Source: a virus
Taxonomy: Duplodnaviria; Heunggongvirae; Uroviricota; Caudoviricetes
Reading direction: 5' to 3' (one strand)
IMG/VR virus record: IMGVR_UViG_3300014205_000001
Location: 317,413 to 381,412 of that record
Length of the DNA stretch: 64,000 bases
The first letter of the stretch is position 1. Each line of letters begins with the position of its first letter. Below, one piece after another: positions 30,892 through 40,184 of this stretch. Under the pieces are notes generated by a model, which was not told the DNA's origin, made no database searches, and saw only the letters and a list, made by a program, of their open reading frames with translations. Made by a program: the position numbers and the translations under genes.

Positions 30892-31248
30892 ATGATCAAC
30901 TTAAAAAAACATAATCAAGCAATGATTACAATTAATGGTCAAACTTTTTACGGTGATAATGTTACTATCAGAAATGGTAAAGTAATTGTCGACGGTAAAG
31001 ATCACACACCTTCTGATTCTAAATCAATTTCAATTTCCATTCAAGGTGACTTAAAAGATTTAAGTGTTGATTGTTGTAATAAAGTGGATATTAAAGGAAA
31101 TGTAGGAACAGCAAAAACAGTATCAGGTGATATTGATATTAGTGGTGATATTGCTGGCGGTGCTTCAACAGTTTCAGGTGATATTAAATGTGGCAATATT
31201 GGTGGAAGTGTTTCCACTGTGTCAGGTGATATTAAAAATAAAAAGTGA
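30892..31248 (+). CDS. Small beta-repeat protein (DUF4097/adhesin-like)
   Basis: Repeated TVSGDI motifs. Confidence 0.65.
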   Translation: MINLKKHNQAMITINGQTFYGDNVTIRNGKVIVDGKDHTPSDSKSISISIQGDLKDLSVDCCNKVDIKGNVGTAKTVSGDIDISGDIAGGASTVSGDIKCGNIGGSVSTVSGDIKNKK

Positions 31249-31252
31249 AATT

Positions 31253-31510
31253 ATGAAAGATAATACTTCAACTTCAAAAAAGAAAGTAACTTCAAAAAAG
31301 AAAGTAACTTCAAAAAAGAAAGTAACTTCAAAAAAGAAAGTAACTTCAAAAAAGAAAGTAACTTCAAAAAAGAAAGTAACTTCAAAAAAGAAAACGATAC
31401 AACCAACAAATTGGGGTAATAGCAGCTCAGGTTCTTCAGTGAGACAAAGTCATCCTGATGCGCCAACATATCATGATTATAGTTTTCTTTCAACAGCAGC
31501 AGGTGATTAA
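31253..31510 (+). CDS. Small basic protein with TSKKKV repeats
   Basis: ATG at 31253 follows the previous stop; encodes the VNTR. Confidence 0.55.
   Translation: MKDNTSTSKKKVTSKKKVTSKKKVTSKKKVTSKKKVTSKKKVTSKKKTIQPTNWGNSSSGSSVRQSHPDAPTYHDYSFLSTAAGD
31271..31393 (+). repeat. Perfect 18-bp tandem repeat ACTTCAAAAAAGAAAGTA (6 full copies plus 1 partial)
   Basis: Read directly; units are identical at DNA level. Confidence 0.95.
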
Positions 31511-31988
31511 AAATAAACACGATACTCCAACGTCCAAGGAGACCGAAATGAAGGATAGCGAAAGCAACGAACAAAGTCAGTGCAAGACAGGGATGAGGGA
31601 CTTAAAATCCCTTTCCGATGCAAGGAAATCTTACGAGGAGAAAAATATGGGCAACCACTCGGGCGTAGGTGAAGCTGATGATCGTGTTTTATTATGTGCC
31701 AAATGTAAAGTACATCCTGCAGAAAATGCTAGAGGAGTAACAAAACCTTTATGTACTCATTGCTGGGTTGAAGTAATGTGCGATTTTTAAAAAATTAAAA
31801 CATGGAAATTTTTGAAATTTTATTAGGTCTTGTCGATATGTTCGAACCTGATAGCAAAAAAGGTGGATGTATTTTTCTTATAGTAATCATTATTGTAATT
31901 GCAGCAGTGATTTATTTTTTACCTGCAGGTTCACTAACATAGCATTAAACTTTATGTTGTATTATTTATAAAAGAATAATACAACACT

Positions 31989-32603
31989 ATGAATAATCAA
32001 ATCAAAGCAATAAACTCTGTAGCTGAGTTTCATGAAGTTTTCCAAATTGGAAACGAAACAACACCCACAATTTCTGAACAAAAAACTTACGAACTTCGTC
32101 ATCGTTTAATGGCTGAAGAAAACGATGAGTATCTTGAAGCTTGTAAAAAAGGTGATCTTGTAGAAATTGCTGACGCTTTAGGCGATCAACTTTATATTCT
32201 TGCCGGTACCATTTTAAAACATGGTTTACAAGATAAAATCCAAGAAGTATTTGACGAAATTCATCGTAGTAACATGTCAAAGTTAGACGAAAAAGGTCAA
32301 CCTATTTTTCGTGAAGATGGTAAAATTTTAAAATCGTCTATTTATTTCAAACCTAATATCAAAGATATTTTGGATGATACAGAATATGTTTTAACTGCTG
32401 ATTCAATTCTAATTGCAAAAACAAATTGCAAAATGAGTGATGGTTCAGGCGATGCTTTAATTGTAGGTAAAGAATATCCAATAGTACAACTTACTGCAAG
32501 CGATGTAGTAATTGATTCAGAAGTCACTAAAGGTCATTTCTTTGAACATAAAAATGATGACGAACATTATTGGAAAAAATATTTCGATTTAAAACAAAAC
32601 TAA
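31989..32603 (+). CDS. MazG-like / PRA-PH family NTP pyrophosphohydrolase with C-terminal extension
   Basis: V.EFHEVF, LMAEE..EY.EA, EIADALGDQLYI..GT, EIHRSNMSK, R.DGKILK. Confidence 0.85.
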   Translation: MNNQIKAINSVAEFHEVFQIGNETTPTISEQKTYELRHRLMAEENDEYLEACKKGDLVEIADALGDQLYILAGTILKHGLQDKIQEVFDEIHRSNMSKLDEKGQPIFREDGKILKSSIYFKPNIKDILDDTEYVLTADSILIAKTNCKMSDGSGDALIVGKEYPIVQLTASDVVIDSEVTKGHFFEHKNDDEHYWKKYFDLKQN

Positions 32604-33059
32604 ATGCTTAGCAAATTAATACTTGACAAATTTCTTTTTAGGATTCTACCTAAAAAGAAATTTGTCTTTGGTAAAGGTTGTGTGACTCGATACACTCTTC
32701 TTGAAATACGTTGGTTATGTAGTGTGTATTTTCATCATGTGGAAACATTTGAACAAGATCGTTTTCATACTCACGCATTTAACGCATTAGCACTGATTAT
32801 AAGAGGTGGATATGAAGAATGTGTAAAGTTAGGTGTGGGTCCTAATAAACCTATTTATTTTAAGTCGTACAAGGCTGGAGATTTACGTTGGATTCCTCGT
32901 GAATTAAATCATAAATTATTAGAAGCCAAACCTGATTCTGTATCAATGTTATTTACGGGACCTTATTCAACAATTTGGACAGAAGAATTAGACAATGGCG
33001 ATGTGAAAGTTATTACAAAAGGTCAAAAAATATTATATCAAGGTGAAAATAAAAATTAA
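32604..33059 (+). CDS. Cupin-fold protein
   Basis: HTHAF...IIRGGYEE...HKL; similar pattern to 41624..42130. Confidence 0.6.
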   Translation: MLSKLILDKFLFRILPKKKFVFGKGCVTRYTLLEIRWLCSVYFHHVETFEQDRFHTHAFNALALIIRGGYEECVKLGVGPNKPIYFKSYKAGDLRWIPRELNHKLLEAKPDSVSMLFTGPYSTIWTEELDNGDVKVITKGQKILYQGENKN

Positions 33060-33182
33060 TTTAATAGGTCTTAAATATAATCAAAACGATATTTGTCCTT
33101 CGTGTAAACAACGAACAATGTGGGAAGGATATTGTAGTAGTTGTGGTTACGGTGAATCGACTTCTGAAATGGATTGGTCAAA

Positions 33183-33638
33183 TTAATCTTCTTTATTTGC
33201 GTATTTTACGCCCATAATTGTACCAATGATACTAAAACTGTTGGTCAATAAAATACCAAACATATTACTCCAAGTCGCTTCAATTATTTTTAATTCATAA
33301 CCGTGTGACATTGCGTATACATATAAACCTGTTGTGATAACACCTGTACCTAAAATTACGATTAATGCGACACGAACAATAGTTTCAATTAATTTGTTTT
33401 GAGTTTTCTTTTGTAATATTTCTAATTCATGTTCAATTTTAACGTTATCAATTTTGGCTTGTTGATGTTCTTCTTGATGCCAACGATTAATACGTCCTAC
33501 ACTTGTACCAATTTCACGTGCAATTTCGAACTGATTGGTCATTAGTTTCCCATTGATTTTACCTGTCGCTAAAAATTCTTCATATATTTTGATTTTGTCA
33601 GCTGTGAACTCAGCACCGCTGTCATCGTTTTTTCCCAT
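33183..33638 (-). CDS. Two-TM membrane protein with late-type promoter
   Basis: Two C-terminal hydrophobic helices; AATATATAA immediately before the ATG. Confidence 0.65.
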   Translation of the reverse strand: MGKNDDSGAEFTADKIKIYEEFLATGKINGKLMTNQFEIAREIGTSVGRINRWHQEEHQQAKIDNVKIEHELEILQKKTQNKLIETIVRVALIVILGTGVITTGLYVYAMSHGYELKIIEATWSNMFGILLTNSFSIIGTIMGVKYANKED

Positions 33639-33715
33639 ATATTATATATTATTAATGTTTTCAAATATCATTTGTTAAGCATATAATTGTATTATACAAA
33701 CAAAAACTGAATATC

Positions 33716-34351
33716 ATGGGAATTAATCTTTCAAAAAAACAAGAAGGTGACGGAATTAACCTCACCAAAAATCAAGTTATCAACTTGAAAAAACCATCAC
33801 CTGATTCACCAATTTTCGATCTGAGTAAAATCACGATTGGAATGGGTTGGGATGTTACAGGTGGCCGTAAATTCGATTTGGATGCAAGTTGCATGCTATT
33901 GAACAAGGACGGAAAACTTGAATCAGACGATCTGGTATCTTACATGGACAAAAAACATCGTTCAGGTAAAGTATGGTCAACTGGTGATAATACAACTGGT
34001 GAAGGCGACGGCGATGATGAACAAATCGTTGCGCAATTGGAATCATTGGATGCGAAATACCAAAAATTGGTTTTCTTCGTAAATATTTACGAAGGCAAAA
34101 ATCGTGGACAACGTTTCAGTGACATTGCAAACGCTTATTGCCGCGCAATGGATGCAAATGGTAAAGAAATTTTCCGTTTCGTTATCAGCAACAATCCTGA
34201 TCTGAACAATAAATATTCATTTATCTTTGCCGAAGTATATCGTGGAGCAAATGGATGGGAATTGAAAGCACTGGGTGAAGCACACGAAACAGATGCAATT
34301 TCAGGTATTACTGAAAAATATAAAGCAAAAAGCGGATTCTTTTCCCGTTAA
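33716..34351 (+). CDS. terD: TerD-family stress protein (second copy)
   Basis: INLTKNQ.I.L, GMGWD, FDLDAS, TGDN.TGEGDGDDEQI, FVNIY, E.YR....W..KALG. Confidence 0.92.
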   Translation: MGINLSKKQEGDGINLTKNQVINLKKPSPDSPIFDLSKITIGMGWDVTGGRKFDLDASCMLLNKDGKLESDDLVSYMDKKHRSGKVWSTGDNTTGEGDGDDEQIVAQLESLDAKYQKLVFFVNIYEGKNRGQRFSDIANAYCRAMDANGKEIFRFVISNNPDLNNKYSFIFAEVYRGANGWELKALGEAHETDAISGITEKYKAKSGFFSR

Positions 34352-34375
34352 TCAGAAGTTTTATTAATTTACTTC

Positions 34376-34403
34376 AATCCCCACAGAAATGTGGGGATTT
34401 TTT
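34376..34403 (+). terminator. Intrinsic terminator
   Basis: AATCCCCACA / TGTGGGGATT followed by a T run. Confidence 0.8.
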
Positions 34404-34446
34404 ATTTTGTAGGATTAATATATAAAATAAACAAATTAATTATATT

Positions 34447-34752
34447 ATGCACACTAAAGTAAGATTCTTAAATCAATTTTGGCAACGTAATACTGCAGGT
34501 TCAGGTCCCTATTTAGTAAAATATACAAGAAAACCTGTTGTTACTGGTGATTCAAATCCTGGTCCAATGCCAGCAGGAACATCTACACAATATGTATTTA
34601 CACGCGCTGCATCAACTCCAGTTTTTAAAGCTGCTTCAGGTGCTTCTATGACAAAACACGAAGTGAAATTTGATAGTGATGCTGGAGTTAACGATTTCGT
34701 TATTTCATCTACGTATTCAGTATTATTTATTGCACCAAGCAATATGAACTAA
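34447..34752 (+). CDS. Hypothetical protein, possibly late/structural
   Basis: AATATATAAAATA motif upstream; G/T/S/P-rich. Confidence 0.6.
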   Translation: MHTKVRFLNQFWQRNTAGSGPYLVKYTRKPVVTGDSNPGPMPAGTSTQYVFTRAASTPVFKAASGASMTKHEVKFDSDAGVNDFVISSTYSVLFIAPSNMN

Positions 34753-34814
34753 TTACTCTTTAAAATACCTTTCACGCCTCTGTTTCATGCGCACTTTGAA
34801 AGGTCTTCTTATAC

Positions 34815-34844
34815 AAAAAGCTGATCATTACGATCAGCTTTTTT
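34815..34844. terminator. Bidirectional terminator
   Basis: AAAAAGCTGATC / GATCAGCTTTTT between convergent genes. Confidence 0.8.
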
Positions 34845-34939
34845 AGTAAAGGAATCAAAGCTAAGTTACGGCTTGAAAGAGCGACTTTCAGCTTCTTATG
34901 TGGACACATCCAGCTGCCTTACCCACAATTCGGCATTCC

Positions 34940-35134
34940 TTATGAATTAATTTGTTTTGTTTCCGGTTGAGATTTATCATTTTCTGTAACTAACCATTTA
35001 TACATTCTTTCTGCACCCGCAAGTGTCATATCAACACTACTTGTATGTATTGATGCAGCTACTTTTAAACATTCTAAACGTATATATTGTGTACTAGTTA
35101 ATGATATTTCGTCTTCTATTGGAGCTCTTAACAT
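34940..35134 (-). CDS. Hypothetical protein
   Basis: 64-aa ORF downstream of uvsX. Confidence 0.5.
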   Translation of the reverse strand: MLRAPIEDEISLTSTQYIRLECLKVAASIHTSSVDMTLAGAERMYKWLVTENDKSQPETKQINS

Positions 35135-35195
35135 AATTTTTTATTTTAAATTTTATTAGAACAACAATAAGCTTTTACACTTATTGTTGTAGATA

Positions 35196-36425
35196 TTATT
35201 CGTCTTCGTCAGAATTAAATAAAGAACTGCCATCTAAATTTCCAGAATATAATTCTGCATCTTCAGTGTCACCTTTTGCTTCTTCTAATGCTGCGTTTAC
35301 TTCTTCAATTTCTGTAATTGATTTATATCGGAAGTAATCTTTAATGATTGGACGTAAAGCGTCTAATACTTCTTTAGTAAAAACTTTTTCAGAAAATAAT
35401 TGTACTGTTGGTACATGTTTACCTAAATGGCGTACATACCAACGATTTCCACCTGCTTTGAATGTTTCACCATCCATTTTACCTTTTGCGATACCTACTG
35501 CGTCGAAAGTATCTTCAGTTAACCAGAAATCTAATCCTTTGTAAGGATTACATCCTGATACAAAACTAATTTCAAATTTAACTTTCTTTGGTTTTGCTAA
35601 ACGATTTTTAACGAACTTAGCTGTTACGATAATACCACTTTGATTTGTATCTAAATCGTCCATGTGTTCTTCGTCGCGTAATTTAGCTTTCGATAAAAAT
35701 GCAATTGAAGATGCAGAATATAATAATCCTTTACCACCTTTCATTTCAGGTTGTGCGTACATTTCCATTGGAGCATAAGTATGATTAGTACATACTAAAG
35801 GAATTTCTAACAATCCTAAATCACTATTAATAATACGGAAGAAAGATGCTAACGCTTTTGCTTTTGTAAAATCGGCTTTTTCTTTACCATCTGATGCATC
35901 GTTTACTTCTTTACGGGAAGCTAATTGACCCACACTGTCAAGTACGATCATGAATTTACCAATATCTTTACCTGCAAATTTTTCTGTTTTTAACGCATCT
36001 AATAATTGTGTAATGTAGATTTTTAAATCCTCTACAATATTATTACGCAATAACATAAATTTATCTTCATCTGTATCAATTCCATAACCTGGTAGCTGAT
36101 CAACTTCAATTGAAAATTCAGTGTCGATGTAGATAATACTGTAGCCTTGTGATTGTGCGACACGACAGATATTATAACACAGGAAAGATTTACCTACTCC
36201 TGATTCACCTGCTAACACTGAAATACGATTATTTGCAATACCACCATAAATGTCACCTGAAAAGGCTGCATTCAATACATAAATTCCTGTTCCGATGTTG
36301 TTACGGATTACTTCAGCATTCGGATCAGCTTTAAGAATTGCTGATTTTTTAATAATGCCATCTGTTAAACCTACGATGTCTCGAAATGAGAATAATTTCG
36401 GTTTTGCTGTTTCTTTTTTTGCCAT
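35196..36425 (-). CDS. uvsX: RecA/UvsX-like recombinase
   Basis: GESGVGKS, YIDTEF, LDSVGQL, TNHTY, GGKGLLYSAS, KNRL. Confidence 0.92.
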   Translation of the reverse strand: MAKKETAKPKLFSFRDIVGLTDGIIKKSAILKADPNAEVIRNNIGTGIYVLNAAFSGDIYGGIANNRISVLAGESGVGKSFLCYNICRVAQSQGYSIIYIDTEFSIEVDQLPGYGIDTDEDKFMLLRNNIVEDLKIYITQLLDALKTEKFAGKDIGKFMIVLDSVGQLASRKEVNDASDGKEKADFTKAKALASFFRIINSDLGLLEIPLVCTNHTYAPMEMYAQPEMKGGKGLLYSASSIAFLSKAKLRDEEHMDDLDTNQSGIIVTAKFVKNRLAKPKKVKFEISFVSGCNPYKGLDFWLTEDTFDAVGIAKGKMDGETFKAGGNRWYVRHLGKHVPTVQLFSEKVFTKEVLDALRPIIKDYFRYKSITEIEEVNAALEEAKGDTEDAELYSGNLDGSSLFNSDEDE

Positions 36426-36461
36426 TTGTTGCTTGTCATTCTTTTTATTTTTTATTGTTGT

Positions 36462-36986
36462 TTATATATCGTTACGTACATAATGTGTTCCATTCACTGT
36501 AATTTCATGAATAGAATCAATTTTAAAGTCACGTATAATAATAGCTTCTTCTAATCCATGTTGTTTGGATTCTGTAACTTTGGGTAAATGATCTTCAATC
36601 ATTTCTTTTTCGATTGCGTCGCCATCTAAAAAATATTCAACAGTAGGCTCGTGTTTTAAGAAACGCGCTTCTAAATAGTATTGATTTTTGTGAAGAATTA
36701 ACGGAGTGTTGGGAATCCGGTTACCCCATGCTCGGGGTTTTGCTTTGAAATCGGGAGTTTTCCCTTCTTTGATAAGTGCTTTGTTGATACTGTTTTCGTA
36801 ATCAAAGTTGACGAAAACATTGCTTCGTTGTTTCTTTTGAATCCGTCCGAAGTAAGGATTGCTTTTGTTAAGTTTAACTTCAGTAATCGCTACAAAGGTA
36901 GCTGGAGTCGCTGATGTTAACTGCATTAGTGCGCGAACTAATTCCATTTTGTTCACACTGATTTGAATTGCTGTTTTTGTTGCCAT
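36462..36986 (-). CDS. Hypothetical protein
   Basis: 174-aa ORF upstream of uvsX. Confidence 0.7.
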   Translation of the reverse strand: MATKTAIQISVNKMELVRALMQLTSATPATFVAITEVKLNKSNPYFGRIQKKQRSNVFVNFDYENSINKALIKEGKTPDFKAKPRAWGNRIPNTPLILHKNQYYLEARFLKHEPTVEYFLDGDAIEKEMIEDHLPKVTESKQHGLEEAIIIRDFKIDSIHEITVNGTHYVRNDI

Positions 36987-37214
36987 TTAAGTCCATAAAA
37001 TTCTTTTTATTATTGTTATTACTTATATTGATTTTTTGTTTTTAAGTTTAATAATTTAAGCATATAATTGTAAAGCTAACTGCATGGATATTAACAAACA
37101 ACTACAGGAACAAAACATTGATTTAGAAGTTAATAATGATGTCTTTACATTTACTTTTGCAGATAAAACTTCAAAAAAGATTGAAAAGACTGAAATTGAG
37201 AAATATTTGTTTGT

Positions 37215-37544
37215 GTGTCTATTAAATTACATAAAACTTTCTTAATTATTATGGACTGTATAGGAATGAGATTTGATGAAAATTTATTAGGTCGTTTAAT
37301 GGTTGCAAAAATTAAAGGAACTGACGGTTTTTCAACTGACCTAACATTAGCAGCAAATGTGCAATCAACAGTATTGCCTGATATGCAATTTGCATCATTT
37401 GCAGAATGGAAAAAATATGTTCATGATCAAACAGCTTTGACTGAACGTTTAAAAATTGAAGAAAAAGAAATGCGTGAACAAATGGTTGAAAATATTGACT
37501 ATTATCACAATTGGCTTAACGATAAATTTTCAAAAATTATATAA
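37215..37544 (+). CDS. Hypothetical protein
   Basis: Start uncertain. Confidence 0.5.
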   Translation: MSIKLHKTFLIIMDCIGMRFDENLLGRLMVAKIKGTDGFSTDLTLAANVQSTVLPDMQFASFAEWKKYVHDQTALTERLKIEEKEMREQMVENIDYYHNWLNDKFSKII

Positions 37545-37795
37545 TGTCACAAATAGTAATTAAATGTAATTTAGATCGATATAGTTATCTCGATTTTCCA
37601 ACTACTCTTGTATTTGTTCCTCGTGTAGGTGAATACATCGAAGTTGTGAAACGTAGTCAAGATAAATTTCAATATCCTTATCCTAACCGTTTACAAGTAA
37701 AAACTGTTACACATCGTGAAAATTGTGTAGAAGTAGATGTGTGGTACGATAAAACATCACATGATCATTTAATTACAATGGAATTTTCGTTATGA
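37544..37795 (+). CDS. Hypothetical protein
   Basis: TAATG coupling. Confidence 0.55.
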   Translation: MSQIVIKCNLDRYSYLDFPTTLVFVPRVGEYIEVVKRSQDKFQYPYPNRLQVKTVTHRENCVEVDVWYDKTSHDHLITMEFSL

Positions 37796-37907
37796 TAGAA
37801 ATACAACTTACAATATTTTGTTTGATATGTTGTGTACCAATTTTATTCAACATTGAATTTAAATAATTTTTACTTTTCAAAGAAAAAGTATATAATTGTA
37901 GTAATTA

Positions 37908-38234
37908 ATGGATATTATACAATTCATAAAAGATATTAAATGCGATGGTTATAAAATTATAACTGGAAATGAATATAATTTTATGGAGGCTGTAAATTAT
38001 GCTACTAAAGAATTAGCAATTGAAAAAATAGATGAAGCAAAAGACGATAATTTGTATGCTTGTTTAATTAAAGTCGAAGGCGATAGTGTTGAAAAAATTG
38101 CTGAATTTATGGAAGGAGAATCTTTTGAATTTCCTGAAGAACGTTATAACGAAACTGAACCAAAAATAATAAAAACACCCAAACCTCGTGTTATTGAACC
38201 TAAACGCGATATTAAAGATTTTTTAACTGAGTAA
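37908..38234 (+). CDS. Hypothetical protein
   Basis: Promoter copy at 37888. Confidence 0.6.
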   Translation: MDIIQFIKDIKCDGYKIITGNEYNFMEAVNYATKELAIEKIDEAKDDNLYACLIKVEGDSVEKIAEFMEGESFEFPEERYNETEPKIIKTPKPRVIEPKRDIKDFLTE

Positions 38235-38258
38235 GTAAGAAATTGCTTAACTCAGTTC

Positions 38259-39536
38259 ATGAAAGCAGTACAAGTAGTAAAAATTAGTAAATTAATTCCA
38301 ATTTACAAAGAAGGCGTCGAAGCCAATTCCATTAATTTAGTAAACTTTGAGTTTCTTAATGGTGACGAATGTGGTTACAATGTAATCGCACAAAAAGGTT
38401 TATACGAATTAGGTGATAAAGCAATTTACATCATGCCTGATTTCTGTTTAAGTGAAATTTCATTGTTTGAATCTTTCACTGCACCCAATGGTGAACCTAA
38501 TAAAACGAAATTAGGTAAAATGAATCGTATTCGTGCCATCAAATTTAATTTTCAACAAGAAAATTCATCTGAACCTATTTTTAGTTTTGGTGTCTTATTA
38601 CCTATCACTGAAGTTAAATCTTATTTAGGTGATGCGTACGATGAAGAAACATTAACTGATACTTTAGGTATTACAAAATACGAAGAACCTGAAACTGCTG
38701 GTAGCGGTCAAACAAAAGGTGGACTACCTTCATTTTTATATTCTACTGACGAAACAAATCAAGAAACATTAAAATCACATATTAAAAAATTATGTGATGG
38801 CACAACTGAAATGGGATTTACGATTAAACGTGACGGATCATCTTTCACAACCTATTTCAGAAAAGATGAAAATGGTAATTGGTATCATGGTATTTGTTCA
38901 CGTAATCAAGAAAAGAAAACTGAACAATATTACGTTTCCAAATATGTGGATTCTCATAAAAATGAATACACTAAGTACATGGACCCTGAAACAAAAGAAA
39001 TGGGTTGGAAATGTCATGTCAATAATCATTTTGTAAATGAACGTGATATTTTAAATACAGATTGGAAACAAGTAACTACGGAAGTAAAAGATTCTTGGGT
39101 AGAACTTGCCAATAAATCTGGATTAATTGAACAAGGTATGGCATATTGCCAAGCCAATGATATTCAATTAGCATTCCGTGGTGAAATTTACGGACAAGGT
39201 TTAAAAGGTTCAGGTAATAAATCAAATCCGGACGCTGCCAAAAAACAAGGTTTGTATCTCTTTGGTGTAGATGATTTAAGTTCAGGATTTTCTGTAAGAA
39301 TAAACGATAGCAGTGAACATAATTTAAGTAAATTAGCTACACAATTTGGTATTGAATATTCAATTTCTGATTGGTATTTACCAACATCTTACGAAGACTT
39401 TTGTAATTTTTGTGAAAGTATTATTCAGGATGAAGCAAGTAAAGGCCGAATCATTGAAGGTGTAGTAGTAAGAACTCGTTATACAAACGAATTATCAACC
39501 AAGTACATGAATAAAGTGTACGACGCAAAAAAGTAA
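38259..39536 (+). CDS. RNA ligase, Rnl2/DRB0094-type
   Basis: N-terminal OB-like module (I.PI..AN.I...KG.Y..GD..IYI.PD), motif I KRDGSS, FRGEIYG, EGVVV, KYMN. Confidence 0.82.
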   Translation: MKAVQVVKISKLIPIYKEGVEANSINLVNFEFLNGDECGYNVIAQKGLYELGDKAIYIMPDFCLSEISLFESFTAPNGEPNKTKLGKMNRIRAIKFNFQQENSSEPIFSFGVLLPITEVKSYLGDAYDEETLTDTLGITKYEEPETAGSGQTKGGLPSFLYSTDETNQETLKSHIKKLCDGTTEMGFTIKRDGSSFTTYFRKDENGNWYHGICSRNQEKKTEQYYVSKYVDSHKNEYTKYMDPETKEMGWKCHVNNHFVNERDILNTDWKQVTTEVKDSWVELANKSGLIEQGMAYCQANDIQLAFRGEIYGQGLKGSGNKSNPDAAKKQGLYLFGVDDLSSGFSVRINDSSEHNLSKLATQFGIEYSISDWYLPTSYEDFCNFCESIIQDEASKGRIIEGVVVRTRYTNELSTKYMNKVYDAKK

Positions 39537-39636
39537 TCAACTAAAAAAATATATACAATGTTTACATTAATTTTAGGCGCAGCGATTGGATTTTTCATCG
39601 CAAAAGCCATTTAAAAAGAAAAAGAAAGAATAAATT

Positions 39637-39849
39637 ATGATCGTGTTTCCTAAACGCGAACAAATTGCTGAACAAGTATATTTGTCGCTGTACAACAAAG
39701 AAGGACAAATTCTAATTCGTAGTTCTGCAGGTACAACTGAAGATATTTTAACAGTCGAATATGATGGACTTATTTATATGAGTTTTTCACAATTGCCTAA
39801 TAATGTATTTTTAGATTATGCATCTGTAGTTAACAAATTCAAAGATTGA
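39637..39849 (+). CDS. Hypothetical protein
   Basis: 70-aa ORF. Confidence 0.5.
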   Translation: MIVFPKREQIAEQVYLSLYNKEGQILIRSSAGTTEDILTVEYDGLIYMSFSQLPNNVFLDYASVVNKFKD

Positions 39850-40078
39850 AACAGTAAATGAAATGACTGAAATGACAATACTAAGTCAACGCATTTCAGG
39901 AAAGGTACTTGACTTATAATCAGGTATAGAGAAAGCAACCCGGGAAACGGAATCGGCAAGTAATTTACAGCCCAAAGAAACTGCAGTTTCTTTGGGTGTT
40001 TCTGTGTGATTTAGTCACTGATTAACAAATTTTTACAAAATAAATGTAAATAATTTTTTAAGATTCAAATTAAATACA

Positions 40079-40113
40079 TATATTTGTAGTATCAAAACAA
40101 ACGTTCTTTTAAT
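40079..40113 (+). promoter_or_regulatory. Bacteroidota-type -7 promoter TATATTTG followed by boxA-like CGTTCTTTTTAA
   Basis: Exact TAnnTTTG at 40079-40086; boxA-like at 40102-40113; upstream of the tRNA-like RNA. Confidence 0.6.
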
Positions 40114-40184
40114 TGGAAGATGAAAACTGGAAACCACCCTTAACTGGGACTCGGATAGGTAAATAATCTTCCATTTTTTAACAG

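Noticed and set aside
31251-31574. Minus-strand ORF with LLSFLK repeats
   Set aside because: Antisense reading of the 18-bp VNTR; the surrounding genes are all on the + strand.
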